This document shows, one piece after another, positions 1 through 10,660 of a DNA stretch of 64,000 nt (the stretch's first letter is position 1; every line of letters starts with the position of its first letter). The notes below the pieces were generated by a model, which was not told where the DNA came from, ran no database searches, and saw nothing but the letters and a program-made list of their open reading frames with translations. A program made the position numbers and the translations under genes. Location of the stretch: NCBI GenBank assembly GCA_963748825.1, contig CAVVKN010000021.1, positions 1 through 64,000 on the forward strand, given 5' to 3'. The DNA comes from Methanotrichaceae archaeon (lineage in GTDB: Archaea; Halobacteriota; Methanosarcinia; Methanotrichales; Methanotrichaceae).

Positions 1-48
1 AAGAACTAGACTGACAATCGCAATGCTAGGCATGATGGGGCGCATCAT
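1..48 (-). CDS. probable 5' end of a secreted/membrane protein gene running off the window
   Basis: reverse strand reads MMRPIMPSIAIVSLVL, signal-peptide-like, with an AT-rich TATA-like stretch upstream. Confidence 0.35.
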   Translation of the reverse strand, partial: MMRPIMPSIAIVSLVL

Positions 49-160
49 CTACCCTAAGGGATAGAAGATGTATAAAATCCCCATGATCGCAAAAGCCGGC
101 CTTGGCGGGGGAATGAATCTAAAATTCCCCTGCCAATTAAATCCATCATTTTTTTAGAAT

Positions 161-736
161 TTACTCTTCTGTGACATACTCAAGTGTCGGCTTATTCCCG
201 GAAGCCTTACTGGATACGAATCCTACCGTAGCGTCATCCTCTGCCACTAATACGATGGTGTATGGGCACCCTTCTGTGCAGGTCTCCACTGCCTTCTTGA
301 TGATCGATGTTACATTCATGGTGTAGCTTCCCACTTTTTCAACATCTACGGGGGAAGAGGATACCTCGGTGTTATAATCCGTCTTATCAGACCAGGTCAT
401 TGTATCAAAAGTAGCTTCATGCAAGAAGTAAGCTGTAATCTTGCCGGGCTTGTCAACCTGGGCGGCATCAAGAGTCAATGTTGCTGAAGCAATCTGATCC
501 GGATTGAAGACACCCTGCGTGCCGAACATATTGATAACGCTCAAGTAGACCAGTTTTGTGGGCTCGTTGTCCTGGGAAGCGGCCCAGAGTAGATCGCTAT
601 CTTCAAAGCTCTGGTTGGCATTGTTCGCATCCACATAGGTCTCAACGTCCATCTCTGCTTTAAAGCTCCCCGCGGCGGCAGTGGCGGCCAGCAGCAGGAG
701 CATCCCCATAAGTGCATACAAATATCTCAAATTCAT
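161..736 (-). CDS. secreted protein, DNRLRE/CBM96-like beta-sandwich domain
   Basis: signal peptide MNLRYLYALMGMLLLLAATAAA; TYVDA...SATLTL...TW...F.S......P.L pattern typical of DNRLRE domains. Confidence 0.55.
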   Translation of the reverse strand: MNLRYLYALMGMLLLLAATAAAGSFKAEMDVETYVDANNANQSFEDSDLLWAASQDNEPTKLVYLSVINMFGTQGVFNPDQIASATLTLDAAQVDKPGKITAYFLHEATFDTMTWSDKTDYNTEVSSSPVDVEKVGSYTMNVTSIIKKAVETCTEGCPYTIVLVAEDDATVGFVSSKASGNKPTLEYVTEE

Positions 737-832
737 TTCCTCCACGAGAGTACCTGTGATCGAACAAATAAAAAGACTTATGTTCATATGGATCTTATGT
801 AGGCAATCTTTTCCCTACATGATCTGCACATT

Positions 833-1741
833 TTAGAGATCCTCCTTCCTAAACGTCCACACCCCTTCCAGCGTCACCTTCTCCACCATCCCTCCAAAGC
901 TCGCCCCCAGGATCAGCTCCCCGATCTCCTCCTTCATCACCCTGGCAATGCCGATGATGGACGTGGTCGGCCGGGCGTTTACATCTACTGCCCAGGGCCG
1001 TTCCCCCAGCACAAAGTCGATTCCCGCATACCCGGAGAGGCCTAGGGCGACAGCCGCCGCTCTAGTTTCAGCCCAGATCTCATCGGCGCGGGGCGTGTTG
1101 TAGGGTACCTGGCTTCCCTGGTAGCTAATGCCCTCGCCCTGAAAGTCGATGAGCTGGCGGTTGATGGTGAGCGGCAAAAAGCCCCCCACCCCCACGATGA
1201 AGCTGGCGGACAGGTGCAGTCCTTCATGGTATCGGGTGACGATCTCCCCGGGACCTGCCCGGGCAAAAGAGGTGACGCGCACGCCCTCTGAGCCGCAGCC
1301 TGTGCGCGGCTTTACCACATAGCGATGGCAGCCCTTCTCCACAGGATCGGGCCTGTCCACGATCTCGGCCACGGGAACGCCCGCCTGCGCCAGCGCCCGA
1401 GTGCAGAGCAGCTTGTCGGCGCATAGACGCGCCGCAGCGGGACTTGCCCCCAGGTTCACAGTGTTTTTCTCCAGGATCTCCAAAAGATGCGGCTGCATGC
1501 CGTCCGGCGCGATCAAGAGCCCAGCGTCCGCTTTGCAGTCCAGGACGCCTTCAAACTCCTTTTCTCCCTTTATGAGAATGGGCCGGCCCGCGCCTACGAT
1601 GGTCCCTGATGTGGGATAGTGCACCTCATGCCCGGCCCTCTCGAAGCTGCTCGCGAGAGTGGCCAGCATGGCCCGGCCCTCCAACTCGCACGTGCCGCCC
1701 AGGCCAAGAGCGGAGGCGTACTCGGCAATAAGAATCTTCAT
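833..1741 (-). CDS. mfnD: ATP-grasp protein, tyramine--L-glutamate ligase (methanofuran biosynthesis)
   Basis: MKILIAEYA N-terminus, LEGRAML, IAPD, ADKL, VVKPRTGCGSEG, GYAGIDFV, VDVNARPTTS motifs. Confidence 0.8.
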   Translation of the reverse strand: MKILIAEYASALGLGGTCELEGRAMLATLASSFERAGHEVHYPTSGTIVGAGRPILIKGEKEFEGVLDCKADAGLLIAPDGMQPHLLEILEKNTVNLGASPAAARLCADKLLCTRALAQAGVPVAEIVDRPDPVEKGCHRYVVKPRTGCGSEGVRVTSFARAGPGEIVTRYHEGLHLSASFIVGVGGFLPLTINRQLIDFQGEGISYQGSQVPYNTPRADEIWAETRAAAVALGLSGYAGIDFVLGERPWAVDVNARPTTSIIGIARVMKEEIGELILGASFGGMVEKVTLEGVWTFRKEDL

Positions 1742-1848
1742 GAAAAGTCAGGATTGTATTGCGGTGCAAACGTACTTAATCCTAAGCTTCATACTCGCTC
1801 GAAGTTGATCTGAGCCGTATTAGCTCGTGCCTGGATACCGGAACAAGT

Positions 1849-2106
1849 TTACTCGACAACCGCCACCGGCTCCAGAGACACAAATATTGCATGGCCATCG
1901 ATCGACGGGATGGGGTGTCCCATTCGGAGGCCCAGTACAATCCATCCTTCAATTGTGCTGATGAGTTCCCTGCGGCATTCTTCAAAGGTCTTGCCGGTGG
2001 CCCACACTCTCGGCAGCCCGGGAACTGAGGCATAATACGGCTCAGGTTCATCGATTATTTCATATTTCGCTCGCTCCAGGGCGGCTGCGATGTATTCGGC
2101 GAACAT
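1849..2106 (-). CDS. hicB: HicB-family antitoxin (no adjacent hicA)
   Basis: YASVPGLPRVWATGKTFEECRRELISTIEGW RNase H-like HicB signature. Confidence 0.8.
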   Translation of the reverse strand: MFAEYIAAALERAKYEIIDEPEPYYASVPGLPRVWATGKTFEECRRELISTIEGWIVLGLRMGHPIPSIDGHAIFVSLEPVAVVE

Positions 2107-2181
2107 GTTAAGAGATATTATGCGTACTGTTAGGATTTAACCTTTCTTTCCGGCATGACGACCGCCATCAGAATCCACTCC

Positions 2182-2245
2182 CGCCCGGCTGGGCCCGCTC
2201 GCGCGCGCGTGCACTCGTGCTCGGGAGCGCGGGAGGCCCGTGGGA
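2182..2245. repeat. GC-rich intergenic repeat, partial copy of repeat R; reverse complement resembles the 3' end of repeat A at 61-64 kb
   Basis: cgcccggctgggcccgctcgcgcgcgcgtg shared with 3112 and 3947; reverse complement aligns by eye with 63620-63690. Confidence 0.6.
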
Positions 2246-2463
2246 CTACTGTGGGTCAGGTAGCACTGAATATCTACAATGCAACTTTCTGCTATCAAGA
2301 AGCTCACAAAGGACGCACAAAGGCTTTTTTGCCTGATGTAAAAATTGATCGCATCCTGGCTTGATTAGACGCAGTCACACACAGACGGCGTACGGCCCTG
2401 GGCAGCCTCCACTTTCCCACTCCATGCAGAAAATATATCTTAATGGTCCACATAATATGATCT

Positions 2464-2727
2464 ATGATCAATTGGCAAGACCGCATCTCTCTGGACCCAA
2501 AAATCCTTGTGGGAAAACCCGTGATCAAAGGCACGCGCCTGGCGGTGGAATTCGTTATCGACCTTCTGGCCAGTGGCTGGACAGAGTCCGAGATACTCCA
2601 GAACTACCCAAGATTAGTTCATGAAGACATTCAGGCCTGTCTCTGCTACGCCAGCTCCTTGATGAAATCGGAACGTGTCTATCTAAATACAGCCTTGCAG
2701 GATGGCCTTAATGCGGCTTCTGGCTGA
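2464..2727 (+). CDS. DUF433 family antitoxin
   Basis: RISLDPKILVGKPVIKGTRLAVEFVIDLLASG...EDIQACL. Confidence 0.9.
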   Translation: MINWQDRISLDPKILVGKPVIKGTRLAVEFVIDLLASGWTESEILQNYPRLVHEDIQACLCYASSLMKSERVYLNTALQDGLNAASG

Positions 2728-3061
2728 CGAAAATATACCCTTCCTGGCCATCGAATTGTTGCGAAGAAAGGGGAATGATGTTCTGGCCATCGCCGAAAGC
2801 ACGCCCGGTATTTGCGATGAAGATGTCATGTTTCTTGCTGAGGATGAAGGGCGCATTCTGCTGACCTTTGACAAAGACTTCGGAGAGCTGGCTTACAGTT
2901 CCAAGCCGCGCCCGTCTTGCGGCATCATCCTGTTTCGCATACCACTGCGGTCTGCCGACTACATTGCGAAGATGATTGCCGAGGTATTGGATTCAAGATG
3001 CGATTGGCCCGGCCATTTCGCTGTTGTGGAACCGGGACGAATTCGTTTGCGTGAGCTTTAG
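2711..3061 (+). CDS. DUF5615 family PIN-like toxin
   Basis: MRLLADENIP...D..V...A..EGRILLTFDKDFGEL; overlaps the DUF433 gene. Confidence 0.9.
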   Translation: MRLLADENIPFLAIELLRRKGNDVLAIAESTPGICDEDVMFLAEDEGRILLTFDKDFGELAYSSKPRPSCGIILFRIPLRSADYIAKMIAEVLDSRCDWPGHFAVVEPGRIRLREL

Positions 3062-3111
3062 AATCTCTGTTTTCGAACATCTACCGGGCTGAGGAAGTGG
3101 CCGCGGCTGCT

Positions 3112-3219
3112 CGCCCGGCCGGCCCCGCTCGCGCGCGCGTTGGTGTTGGTCGGCCCTGAGCAGCCTCTCGGCCAGGCGGCCCCAGGACCGCGGGCGGGAG
3201 CCGGTCGCAATGCTGCAAG
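3112..3219. repeat. GC-rich repeat R, copy preceding the RelBE-like module
   Basis: aligns over ~105 bp with 3947-4052. Confidence 0.85.
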
Positions 3220-3304
3220 GTCGCCTGGATTTAGGTCGCATGTGCCTGTAACTGGCCATCTTCTTTTCTAAATCCTTATAGCCTAAGGCGTAAGATTGGA
3301 TACC

Positions 3305-3469
3305 ATGCCTGCTGTTGTGAAAGCTCCTGAGAGAAAAACCAGTCGGGCCAATCCCGAAGAAGATGACATCGCCACAGGCATTATCAAAGGACTCAGGGAC
3401 TTTAAAGAAGGACGATTTACCCGCCTCAAGAATGCTGATGAGCTGGCAGAGCATTTCCGAAGCCTCTAG
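3305..3469 (+). CDS. small antitoxin (54 aa, below the ORF-track cut-off)
   Basis: MPAVVKAPERK...IATGIIKGLRDFKEGRFTRLKNADELAEHFRSL, ending just before a RelE-like gene; GL.D.KEGR motif of RelB-like partners. Confidence 0.7.
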   Translation: MPAVVKAPERKTSRANPEEDDIATGIIKGLRDFKEGRFTRLKNADELAEHFRSL

Positions 3470-3475
3470 ATCGCT

Positions 3476-3852
3476 ATGGCTTTCCAGACCATAACAACGT
3501 ACTACTTTGATAAAAAATTTAAAAAGCTGACTAAAAAAGATGGATTATTAAACGAGCGAGTTATCCGGAAGCTCCAGGAGATCAGCGTCAATCCGGAAAT
3601 CGGAGAGCCCAACGTCACGCCCTCAGAGGGCTTCGCAGTGAGCATCTTGATCCATTTGTTATTATCTATGCTATTATCAAAGATGTAGTTTTATTAATAA
3701 ACTTCGATAATCATGATAAAGCATATGATTCAACTCCTCAGATACTGGATAGGCTACTCAGCGATCCCAGGACAATTGAAGCCCTGGAAAGCGCCGGTAT
3801 AAAGGCCGAAGAATACATCCACTTCGTGAAGTCCATTGGAAAAACGAAATGA
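3476..3852 (+). CDS. RelE/ParE-family toxin, split by a 1-nt deletion near 3611
   Basis: FDKKFKKL...RVIRKLQEISVNPEIGEP then in a shifted frame RHALRGLRSEHLDPFVIIYAI...NFDNHDKAY. Confidence 0.7.
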
Positions 3853-3946
3853 CGCAGGAAGCGACCAAGATCCGCCGGGTAGTCAGAGGCTCCCTGCATC
3901 GAAGGATGATGAAGAACCATCAATCGCGGGATCGGCTCCTTCAGCA

Positions 3947-4052
3947 CGCCCGGCTGGGCCCGCTTGCACATGCGTGGGCGGCGGTTGGCCCTGGGCAGCC
4001 TCTCAGCATGCGGCAACAGGTCCGCTGGCGGAGCCGGTCGCCATGCTGCAAG
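3947..4052. repeat. GC-rich repeat R, copy following the RelE gene
   Basis: aligns with 3112-3219. Confidence 0.85.
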
Positions 4053-4149
4053 ATTGGATCCTAGATTCGACTGGCAAGTCCATTTCGCCGTTGTTGAACC
4101 GGGACGAATTCGTTTGCCGGAGCTTTAGGATCTCTCTTTCGAACATCTA
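4053..4149 (+). pseudogene. diverged duplicate of the DUF5615 toxin 3' end and trailer
   Basis: aligns with 2986-3083 (gaaccgggacgaattcgtttgc...tttcgaacatcta). Confidence 0.85.
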
Positions 4150-6589
4150 TTCTCCCTCCACCTTCTTCTTCCTCTCTCCTGCCTCTTTCGCTGCCGCCTC
4201 CTTGCCCAGCACGCGCGCCACCGACTCGATAGCCTCCAGGTAGCGCACCATCTGGTCCAGCCAATTAATCAGATCTCCCTGGTAGGCGTACATCCCGTAC
4301 CTATCACTGAAGTGCTCGATGATTTCATCCGGGCTCTTGCCTTCCGCCCGCAGATCCAGAATGCGTAGCGAGATGCTCTTCTGGACACAGCCGCAGTAGG
4401 GCGATTCTTTGCAAGTGCAGCGCAAAAAGTCACGGGAGAAGTCCATGCAGTACCTCTGCAGCTTGTTATCCAGCTCCCGCAGGTCAGCGCTGGAAAGCAG
4501 GTCCAAAAAGGAGCCGTGCAAAGCCCTCTGGGAGATCTGCATGTGCAATTTGATGGAGATGCGCTCGGCAAACTTGAGGTAGAGGGCCTCAAAGCTCTCC
4601 AGCGCCACCGCCACCTCCAGGGGGCTCTTGCCCTTGCCGAGCAACTTGACAATGGTGGCCACCTGCTCCGGGGCCAGGAAGTGGGCCGCTGCGGCTTCTC
4701 CCATGCTTGGTGGGTACAATGCCCTTTACCAGCCCCGCCTTCTCCAGGGAGGAGAGGGAGCTGTTCAGGTCATCCAGGCCCACGGTGAGGGCGTGCAGCC
4801 GCTCCAGCTCTTCTCTTGAACGGGCAGCCACAGCATTGGCCAGCACCTCCTCTTGTTGCTGCGCCTCGGAAAATTCAGGTGCCACATCTTCCATCTGGCC
4901 GTTTAGCAAGGCGAGGGCCATCTCATCTTCCGACTCGCTCCTCCCGGAAGAGAAGCGACGGCCAGGCTCGGCCAGGATGTAAACCAGGCCCTTGTCATGG
5001 TAGCCCGGCCTGCCGGCGCGGCCCAGCATCTGATTGAACTCATGCACATTCAGCCACTCGATGCCCATGGCTAAAGATTCGAAGACCACCTGCGAGGCGG
5101 GAAAGTCCACGCCTGCCGCCAGAGCGGCCGTGGTGACCACGGTGTGAATCTTTCCCGCCCCGAACAGCTCCTCGACCTTCTTTCTCTCCGGGTACTGCAG
5201 GCCCGCATGATAGGCGGCAGCGCCGGGAATGGCATCGGCCAGGTTGTAGCAGTTCTTCCTGGAGTTGGTGAATATGATGGTCTGGCCCCGGTAGCCCGTG
5301 GAGGAGGTAAGGGCCTGGGCCTCTTTGGACAGCTCCCTGAGGAGCTTGCGCTTCTCCGGCCCGGAGGTGAAGATGAGGTGCCGCTCGATGGGCACCGGTC
5401 GCAATGAATACTCCACAAGCGTCGCGCCCAGGCGCTTGGCGAGCGCTGCGGGATTGCCTACTGTAGCGGAGAGGAAGATGAACTGGGCTTTGGGTGCGGC
5501 ATTCTTCAGCCGGGCGATCATGCCTGCCAGCCTGTGCCCTCGCTCGGCATCTTCCAGCATGTGCACCTCGTCAATGACGACCGTGCCCACGCGCCCCAGG
5601 CTCTTCTTGGTGCGAATCACCTGGTCTATGCCCTCATAAGTTCCGGAAATGATGTCGGCCTGCAGACTTTGCGCAATATTGCGCCCCTTTCCCAAACGGA
5701 TGCGGCTTACTCCTACCCGGATGGATGTTTGAAAGCCCAACTCCCGGTAGGCGCTGAGCTGATCGAACTTCTGATTGGCCAACGCCACGAGCGGCACCAA
5801 AAAGAGCAGCTTTCCCCTATTCTCCAGCAGATTCTTGACTCCGGCCATCTCACCGATGAGGCTCTTGCCTGTGGCCGTGGCTGAGACGACAAGCTGATTT
5901 CGTCCTTCTAAAAGGCCCGCCTTCACCGATCGGGACTGCACCGGCAAAAGCCTGGTCAGCCTGCGCAGCAGCAGCTCCATGAGGGCTTTGGGCAGGGCGA
6001 TGGACTCTAAGGGCAGGGTCGGCTCCTCTTTGCTCGCGGGGATGGTGTCAAAGCGGGTCAGCTCCGGCTCCAGCCTCTGCAAAGATAGCAGGCTCACTAC
6101 ATCGTCTAAGCTGCGCCTCGTCTTCAAGATCCTGGCCAGATGAGTCTTGGCAGCGCGGCCCAGGCCTCGAAAGTCCGCCTCGCGCAAAAGCTCGGCCGCC
6201 GCGCAGTTCTCGCAGATGCGTCGGCCCTTGTAGGTTATGGCATCTTGCTCAACGTAAGTGACTCTCCTCTGGCCGAGGCAATGGTTGCAGACCTGTACGA
6301 ACCTGTATCCGAGCTGATAGGACTCTAAAAGCTCAATGAACTTCTTTTCCTGTACGCTGTCGCCTCGGGCAAGATAAATGGCCCCTGCTTTGCGCAGCAT
6401 TCGCAAAGCGTCCTCAGGAGGAAGAAATTTCTCGGCCTCCTCGCCTTTCTTCACCAGGAATTTGAAGACCCTCGGTCCCTGGGGCATATCCTTTAAACGC
6501 AGATATCCCTCAAAAAGAACCTTGCTGCCGCTCTGAGGCAGTAATAGTATGCGGGACCTGTCCGCCTGAGCCAAAACCTGAAAAGTCAT
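4147..6589 (-). CDS. DEAD/DEAH-box helicase with C-terminal Cys-containing (DUF5814-like) domain; +1 frameshift near 4705
   Basis: SATATGKS, DEVH, SAT, QMLGRAGR motifs; C-terminal CTCKESPYCGC part is ORF 4147-4719; removing one base gives PTKLGEAAAAHF. Confidence 0.85.
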
Positions 6590-6601
6590 TCTTAAAAAGA
6601 T

Positions 6602-7390
6602 TTATCCTAAAGTAAGGTCGATAAGCTCGTACTTCAGGCCCTCCGACTCCAGGCGCGTAAGAAGCCCCGGAATCTGCTCATCCACACTGACGATCACGGA
6701 GCTGATGCCGTGATATGCCGCCTCTACTGCGAACTCCTTGGCTCCGAAGATGATGTCCGGCTCGCGCCCCACTTTTCGCAGCGCCACCAATGCCTCGATA
6801 CCAAGGCAGCCCACGTTCTTCACTCTGGCGAGCTGAACTTGCAGTGCCGGCAAATCGACCTTGCCAGAGCCCCCATTCTGCACTCGCGGCACCTTGCAGA
6901 GAAGAATCCTTCCTTCATCAAGGCTTATCAGTCCCCGCAAATCTGATACACCCACATCTTCTCCGGACAGCGCATCGGCAATGACAACTCCGCTTGCCTC
7001 TATCCCTTCTTTTTTATTAGCATACAGAAGGCCGCTACGCATCTCCAGGGATACTCGTTCGCCCTCCGCCAGATCAGCTTCAGCGATGGCCGCCCAGACA
7101 GAGACGTGGCTGATGATCTCCTCCATCACCACTCGTGCATAGCGCTTCAGCTCGGCTGCACTCTCCAGCAGCCACTCCACTCCCTCTTTGGTGATGCTAT
7201 AGCGCATCCGTCCATCTGTGGTCACCAGCCCATCCGCTACCAGCTCCTTGATGTACTCGGATATGGCCTGGGGAGTGACGCCCAGACTCTCAGCCACTTC
7301 CTTTTGCCGAAGGTTTGGCTGATGGGCAGCTATTTCCACAAGAATTTGAAAACGAGAGCTTTCCCGCTTGCTCTGCAGGACATTGGCCAT
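6602..7390 (-). CDS. winged-helix transcriptional regulator (conserved euryarchaeal family)
   Basis: QPNLRQKEVAESLGVTPQAISEYIKELVADG HTH. Confidence 0.8.
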   Translation of the reverse strand: MANVLQSKRESSRFQILVEIAAHQPNLRQKEVAESLGVTPQAISEYIKELVADGLVTTDGRMRYSITKEGVEWLLESAAELKRYARVVMEEIISHVSVWAAIAEADLAEGERVSLEMRSGLLYANKKEGIEASGVVIADALSGEDVGVSDLRGLISLDEGRILLCKVPRVQNGGSGKVDLPALQVQLARVKNVGCLGIEALVALRKVGREPDIIFGAKEFAVEAAYHGISSVIVSVDEQIPGLLTRLESEGLKYELIDLTLG

Positions 7391-7939
7391 TTAGAAGTCC
7401 TCAACGTAAGGCTCAATGCGCTGGCCTCTCACTGCTAGGCCCTCCGCTCTCTTGGCCACGCCTCGAATAAATATTTGGCTGAGTCCCAGCTCCCGAGAAA
7501 GGTTGGATAGACTATTATTGCCACCATTGACCATCGTCTGCAATTTCTCGATCACTGTACGCAACTCCTCGTCGGACATGAAGGTGAGGCTGATCAGCTC
7601 ACTGAGATCCTCCATGGTAGCCCCGAAGCTGGCCTGCACGCGAGAGTAAGTGGAATGATACTCTTTCTCGGGGCTTGCTCCAGGTTCTGGCACCCTCCAC
7701 TTGGTCTCGATGAGGCCGCTCTTCCGCAGTAGTGCCACGCTTCTGTGAACGCTTGCTTCATCGCCGATGAGCGTTTCCAGCTCGCGCTCAGTATGCCATT
7801 CTCGACTCAATTCGTCAAAGATCTTCTTATGGACCTCGGAGCCGAAGGCCTGCAACAATGGGACCAGATCTGATGGATCGTTAATAATCCGCGTTCTCTT
7901 TCCCGTCACAAAGAACCTCGCATTGGTATAATCTCTCAA
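7391..7939 (-). CDS. ArsR-like winged-helix regulator
   Basis: RTRIINDPSDLVPLL...LIETKWRVPEPG.SPEKEYH; family usually found next to aCPSF1. Confidence 0.7.
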   Translation of the reverse strand: MRDYTNARFFVTGKRTRIINDPSDLVPLLQAFGSEVHKKIFDELSREWHTERELETLIGDEASVHRSVALLRKSGLIETKWRVPEPGASPEKEYHSTYSRVQASFGATMEDLSELISLTFMSDEELRTVIEKLQTMVNGGNNSLSNLSRELGLSQIFIRGVAKRAEGLAVRGQRIEPYVEDF

Positions 7940-7972
7940 ATTTGATAAAGCTTTTGAAGATCAAAGCGTTCT

Positions 7973-9880
7973 TCAAATCAGCCTGACGGTCTCCAGATTC
8001 ATGGGCGCCATGGTCGGTATCCTGTACCTCTTGTAAATGGAACTGGCTAAATCGAGGCAATTGCCTTCTTCGCCGTGGTTGGTGATGACCCGGCCCGGCT
8101 TGGGATAGATGCGACGCATGTATTCCATGAGCTGCTGGCGATCGGAGTGCCCGGAAAAGCCGTCTACCGTGGTTACCTCAAGGTTAATCTTTACCGTCTG
8201 TGTCTTGCCCTCTACGGAGAGGGGCAATTCCTTCCATCCTTTCTGAATGCGCCTTCCTAAAGTTCCCTCTGCCTGGTATCCTACAATTACCAGCGTATTC
8301 TTCTCATCCGGGCCCAGGCGCTTGAGATACTCGAGAACCGGCCCACCGTTAAGCATGCCGCTTGTCGCCAGTATCACACAGGGCGGCCCTTCTATTATCT
8401 CCGTCCTCTGCTTGGGGCTCTCCACCTTCACAAAACACTGGGCCAGGAAGGGATTGATTCCTTTGTGGAAGATGAGATCCCGAAGATCGTTATTGAGGTA
8501 CTCGGGATATGTGGTATGGATGGCGGTAGCCTCGTAGATCATTCCATCCAGACAGACCGGCACCTCATCTATGACCTTCTTTCGGATGGCCTCCTCCAAG
8601 ACAACCATGACCTCCTGGCTGCGGCCCACAGAGAAGGCGGGAATGATGACTTTGCCGCCCTTGCTGATGGTTTCCTTGACCACGTTTATCAAAGTGACTT
8701 CCGCGTCTTTGCGGGAGGGTTGAATGCTGTTAGTTCCCCCGTAGGTGGCCTCTGTCACCAGCGTTTCCAATCGCGGAAAATTGCATACAGCCGGATCGAA
8801 GAGCCTGGTTCGTTCGAATTTTTGGTCTCCGGTAAAAGCTACATTGTAAAGGCCGTCTCCAATGTGAAAGTGGGCAATGGAGGAGCCCAGGATGTGGCCG
8901 GCATTGTGCATTGTCAATTTGGTGTCGGGAGCAATGTCGGTTACATCTCCGTAGTTGAGGGTGATAGTATGCTTGAGAGCCTCGCGAACCATTGTAGAGT
9001 CGTATGGCAGCCTTTTTCCCTCGCGTCCGGCTATCTCAATATAATCGAGCTGCAAAAGCACAGCCAAATCCCTGGTAGGCGGAGTGCAGTAAATAGGTCC
9101 TTCGTAGCCGTATTTGTAGAGCATGGGAACAAGACCGGCATGGTCCAGGTGAGCATGCGTCAAGACCACGGCATCGATCTGATTTAGTGGATAGACCTCA
9201 GGCACATAGAGATAGGGAGTTGCTGAGTCGTCCGATCCCACGTTTACGCCGCAGTCGATGATGATGCGTGACTCGGGTGTGGAGAGAAGCATGCAGCTTC
9301 TGCCTACCTCGCGACAGCCTCCCAGTGTGGTGATTCGCACCCACTGATCCTTGGAAGCTATATCTCGGTGGATCTTGCGGCCCACCGTGCGCAAGATGGT
9401 CTTTCTCTCCGTCTGAACACTGCGCAGATAATCCTTAATGTTGGCGATGGTCGTCGAGCGTACTGGTGGAGTTCTGACCACTTTGGGAGTCCAGCCGATC
9501 AGCTTGGTTATCTCGCGTAGTGTTGCCCCATGGCGACCTATAACCAGGCCCGGCTTTTCCGCTTCGATCTGCACTTCACCGGTCTCGCCGTCAAAGTAAT
9601 AGTTGGTGAGGACCGCTTCCTTGGGCACAACCTCCTGAATCTTGATTATGGAAATTTCAGGTTCTGCCAATACCTTCAGGTCTGGACGCACCACCACGCG
9701 CTTCCTGAGCTCCTTGGCCAGGTTACGTATGATATCGCCATCGTCCGCTAGTTTCTTGGGGTCGTCTGTATAAATGACCAGCTCCGGACCCTCAAATTCC
9801 AGCCCCGTGACATTGATGTCCGGAGGCAGCTTGCTCTGCACCTTGCGTTTGAGCTCAAAAAGTACTTCTTCTACAGACAA
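7973..9880 (-). CDS. fttA: beta-CASP ribonuclease aCPSF1 / transcription termination factor FttA
   Basis: N-terminal KH domains, [30 protein letters not shown]. Confidence 0.95.
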   Translation of the reverse strand: MSVEEVLFELKRKVQSKLPPDINVTGLEFEGPELVIYTDDPKKLADDGDIIRNLAKELRKRVVVRPDLKVLAEPEISIIKIQEVVPKEAVLTNYYFDGETGEVQIEAEKPGLVIGRHGATLREITKLIGWTPKVVRTPPVRSTTIANIKDYLRSVQTERKTILRTVGRKIHRDIASKDQWVRITTLGGCREVGRSCMLLSTPESRIIIDCGVNVGSDDSATPYLYVPEVYPLNQIDAVVLTHAHLDHAGLVPMLYKYGYEGPIYCTPPTRDLAVLLQLDYIEIAGREGKRLPYDSTMVREALKHTITLNYGDVTDIAPDTKLTMHNAGHILGSSIAHFHIGDGLYNVAFTGDQKFERTRLFDPAVCNFPRLETLVTEATYGGTNSIQPSRKDAEVTLINVVKETISKGGKVIIPAFSVGRSQEVMVVLEEAIRKKVIDEVPVCLDGMIYEATAIHTTYPEYLNNDLRDLIFHKGINPFLAQCFVKVESPKQRTEIIEGPPCVILATSGMLNGGPVLEYLKRLGPDEKNTLVIVGYQAEGTLGRRIQKGWKELPLSVEGKTQTVKINLEVTTVDGFSGHSDRQQLMEYMRRIYPKPGRVITNHGEEGNCLDLASSIYKRYRIPTMAPMNLETVRLI

Positions 9881-9900
9881 TCGAACACATCCAAAAAAGA

Positions 9901-10521
9901 TTAAAGGAGCTTCATAATCTCTGAAAACTCCGGCTCGCCTACCTCCTGGTATTTATCGGTGATTCTGACGAGCTCTATTTTATCGCCTGAAGCGGAATCG
10001 CGCTTCATGGCATTATGAATTGCCCTGGCGGCCAGCACCGTTCCATCCTCAATGCTTATGCCGGGCTTGTACATGGATTCCAGCACGCCGTAGGCTATGG
10101 GAGATCCTGAACCGGTGGCCACAACCTCACGCTCTTCGATCTGCCCGCCCAATGCATCAAGTGAATAGATCCTGGGGCCGTATCTGTCTACTCCGCCCAT
10201 GACGAGCTGCACCATGAAGGGATAGTAGCGACGGGAAGAGAGTATATTGGCCAGCATGGAAGTTACAGCTTTAACGGTCATGCGCTCGCCCCTTTGCATC
10301 TTGTAGAGCCTTGCCTCAACCTGAACCATTCTAACCAGTGATTGAGCATCTCCTACCGCACCTGCCGTAGTCAGACCCACCAGGTCGTCGACCTGATAAA
10401 TCTTCTTGGCGCTGCTGCTGGCTATGAAGCTGCCCATGGTAGCACGGCTCTCCGATGCAAGGACTACACCTCCATCGCAGAGTACACCTACCGTAGTTGT
10501 ACCTTTGAACACCTCGACCAT
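9901..10521 (-). CDS. psmB: proteasome subunit beta
   Basis: GTTTVG propeptide junction, TGSGSP, RDSASGD. Confidence 0.95.
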   Translation of the reverse strand: MVEVFKGTTTVGVLCDGGVVLASESRATMGSFIASSSAKKIYQVDDLVGLTTAGAVGDAQSLVRMVQVEARLYKMQRGERMTVKAVTSMLANILSSRRYYPFMVQLVMGGVDRYGPRIYSLDALGGQIEEREVVATGSGSPIAYGVLESMYKPGISIEDGTVLAARAIHNAMKRDSASGDKIELVRITDKYQEVGEPEFSEIMKLL

Positions 10522-10660
10522 CTAATTACCTCAACTAAAATCAGAAAACGGACATGACGCTTTTTACTTCTGATATATAAATACTTTCCGCCGCCGTATT
10601 AAATTGAGGAGATAAAAGGCACACGGTTCCTAGAAATATGAGGCCGTACAAGAACTTAAT

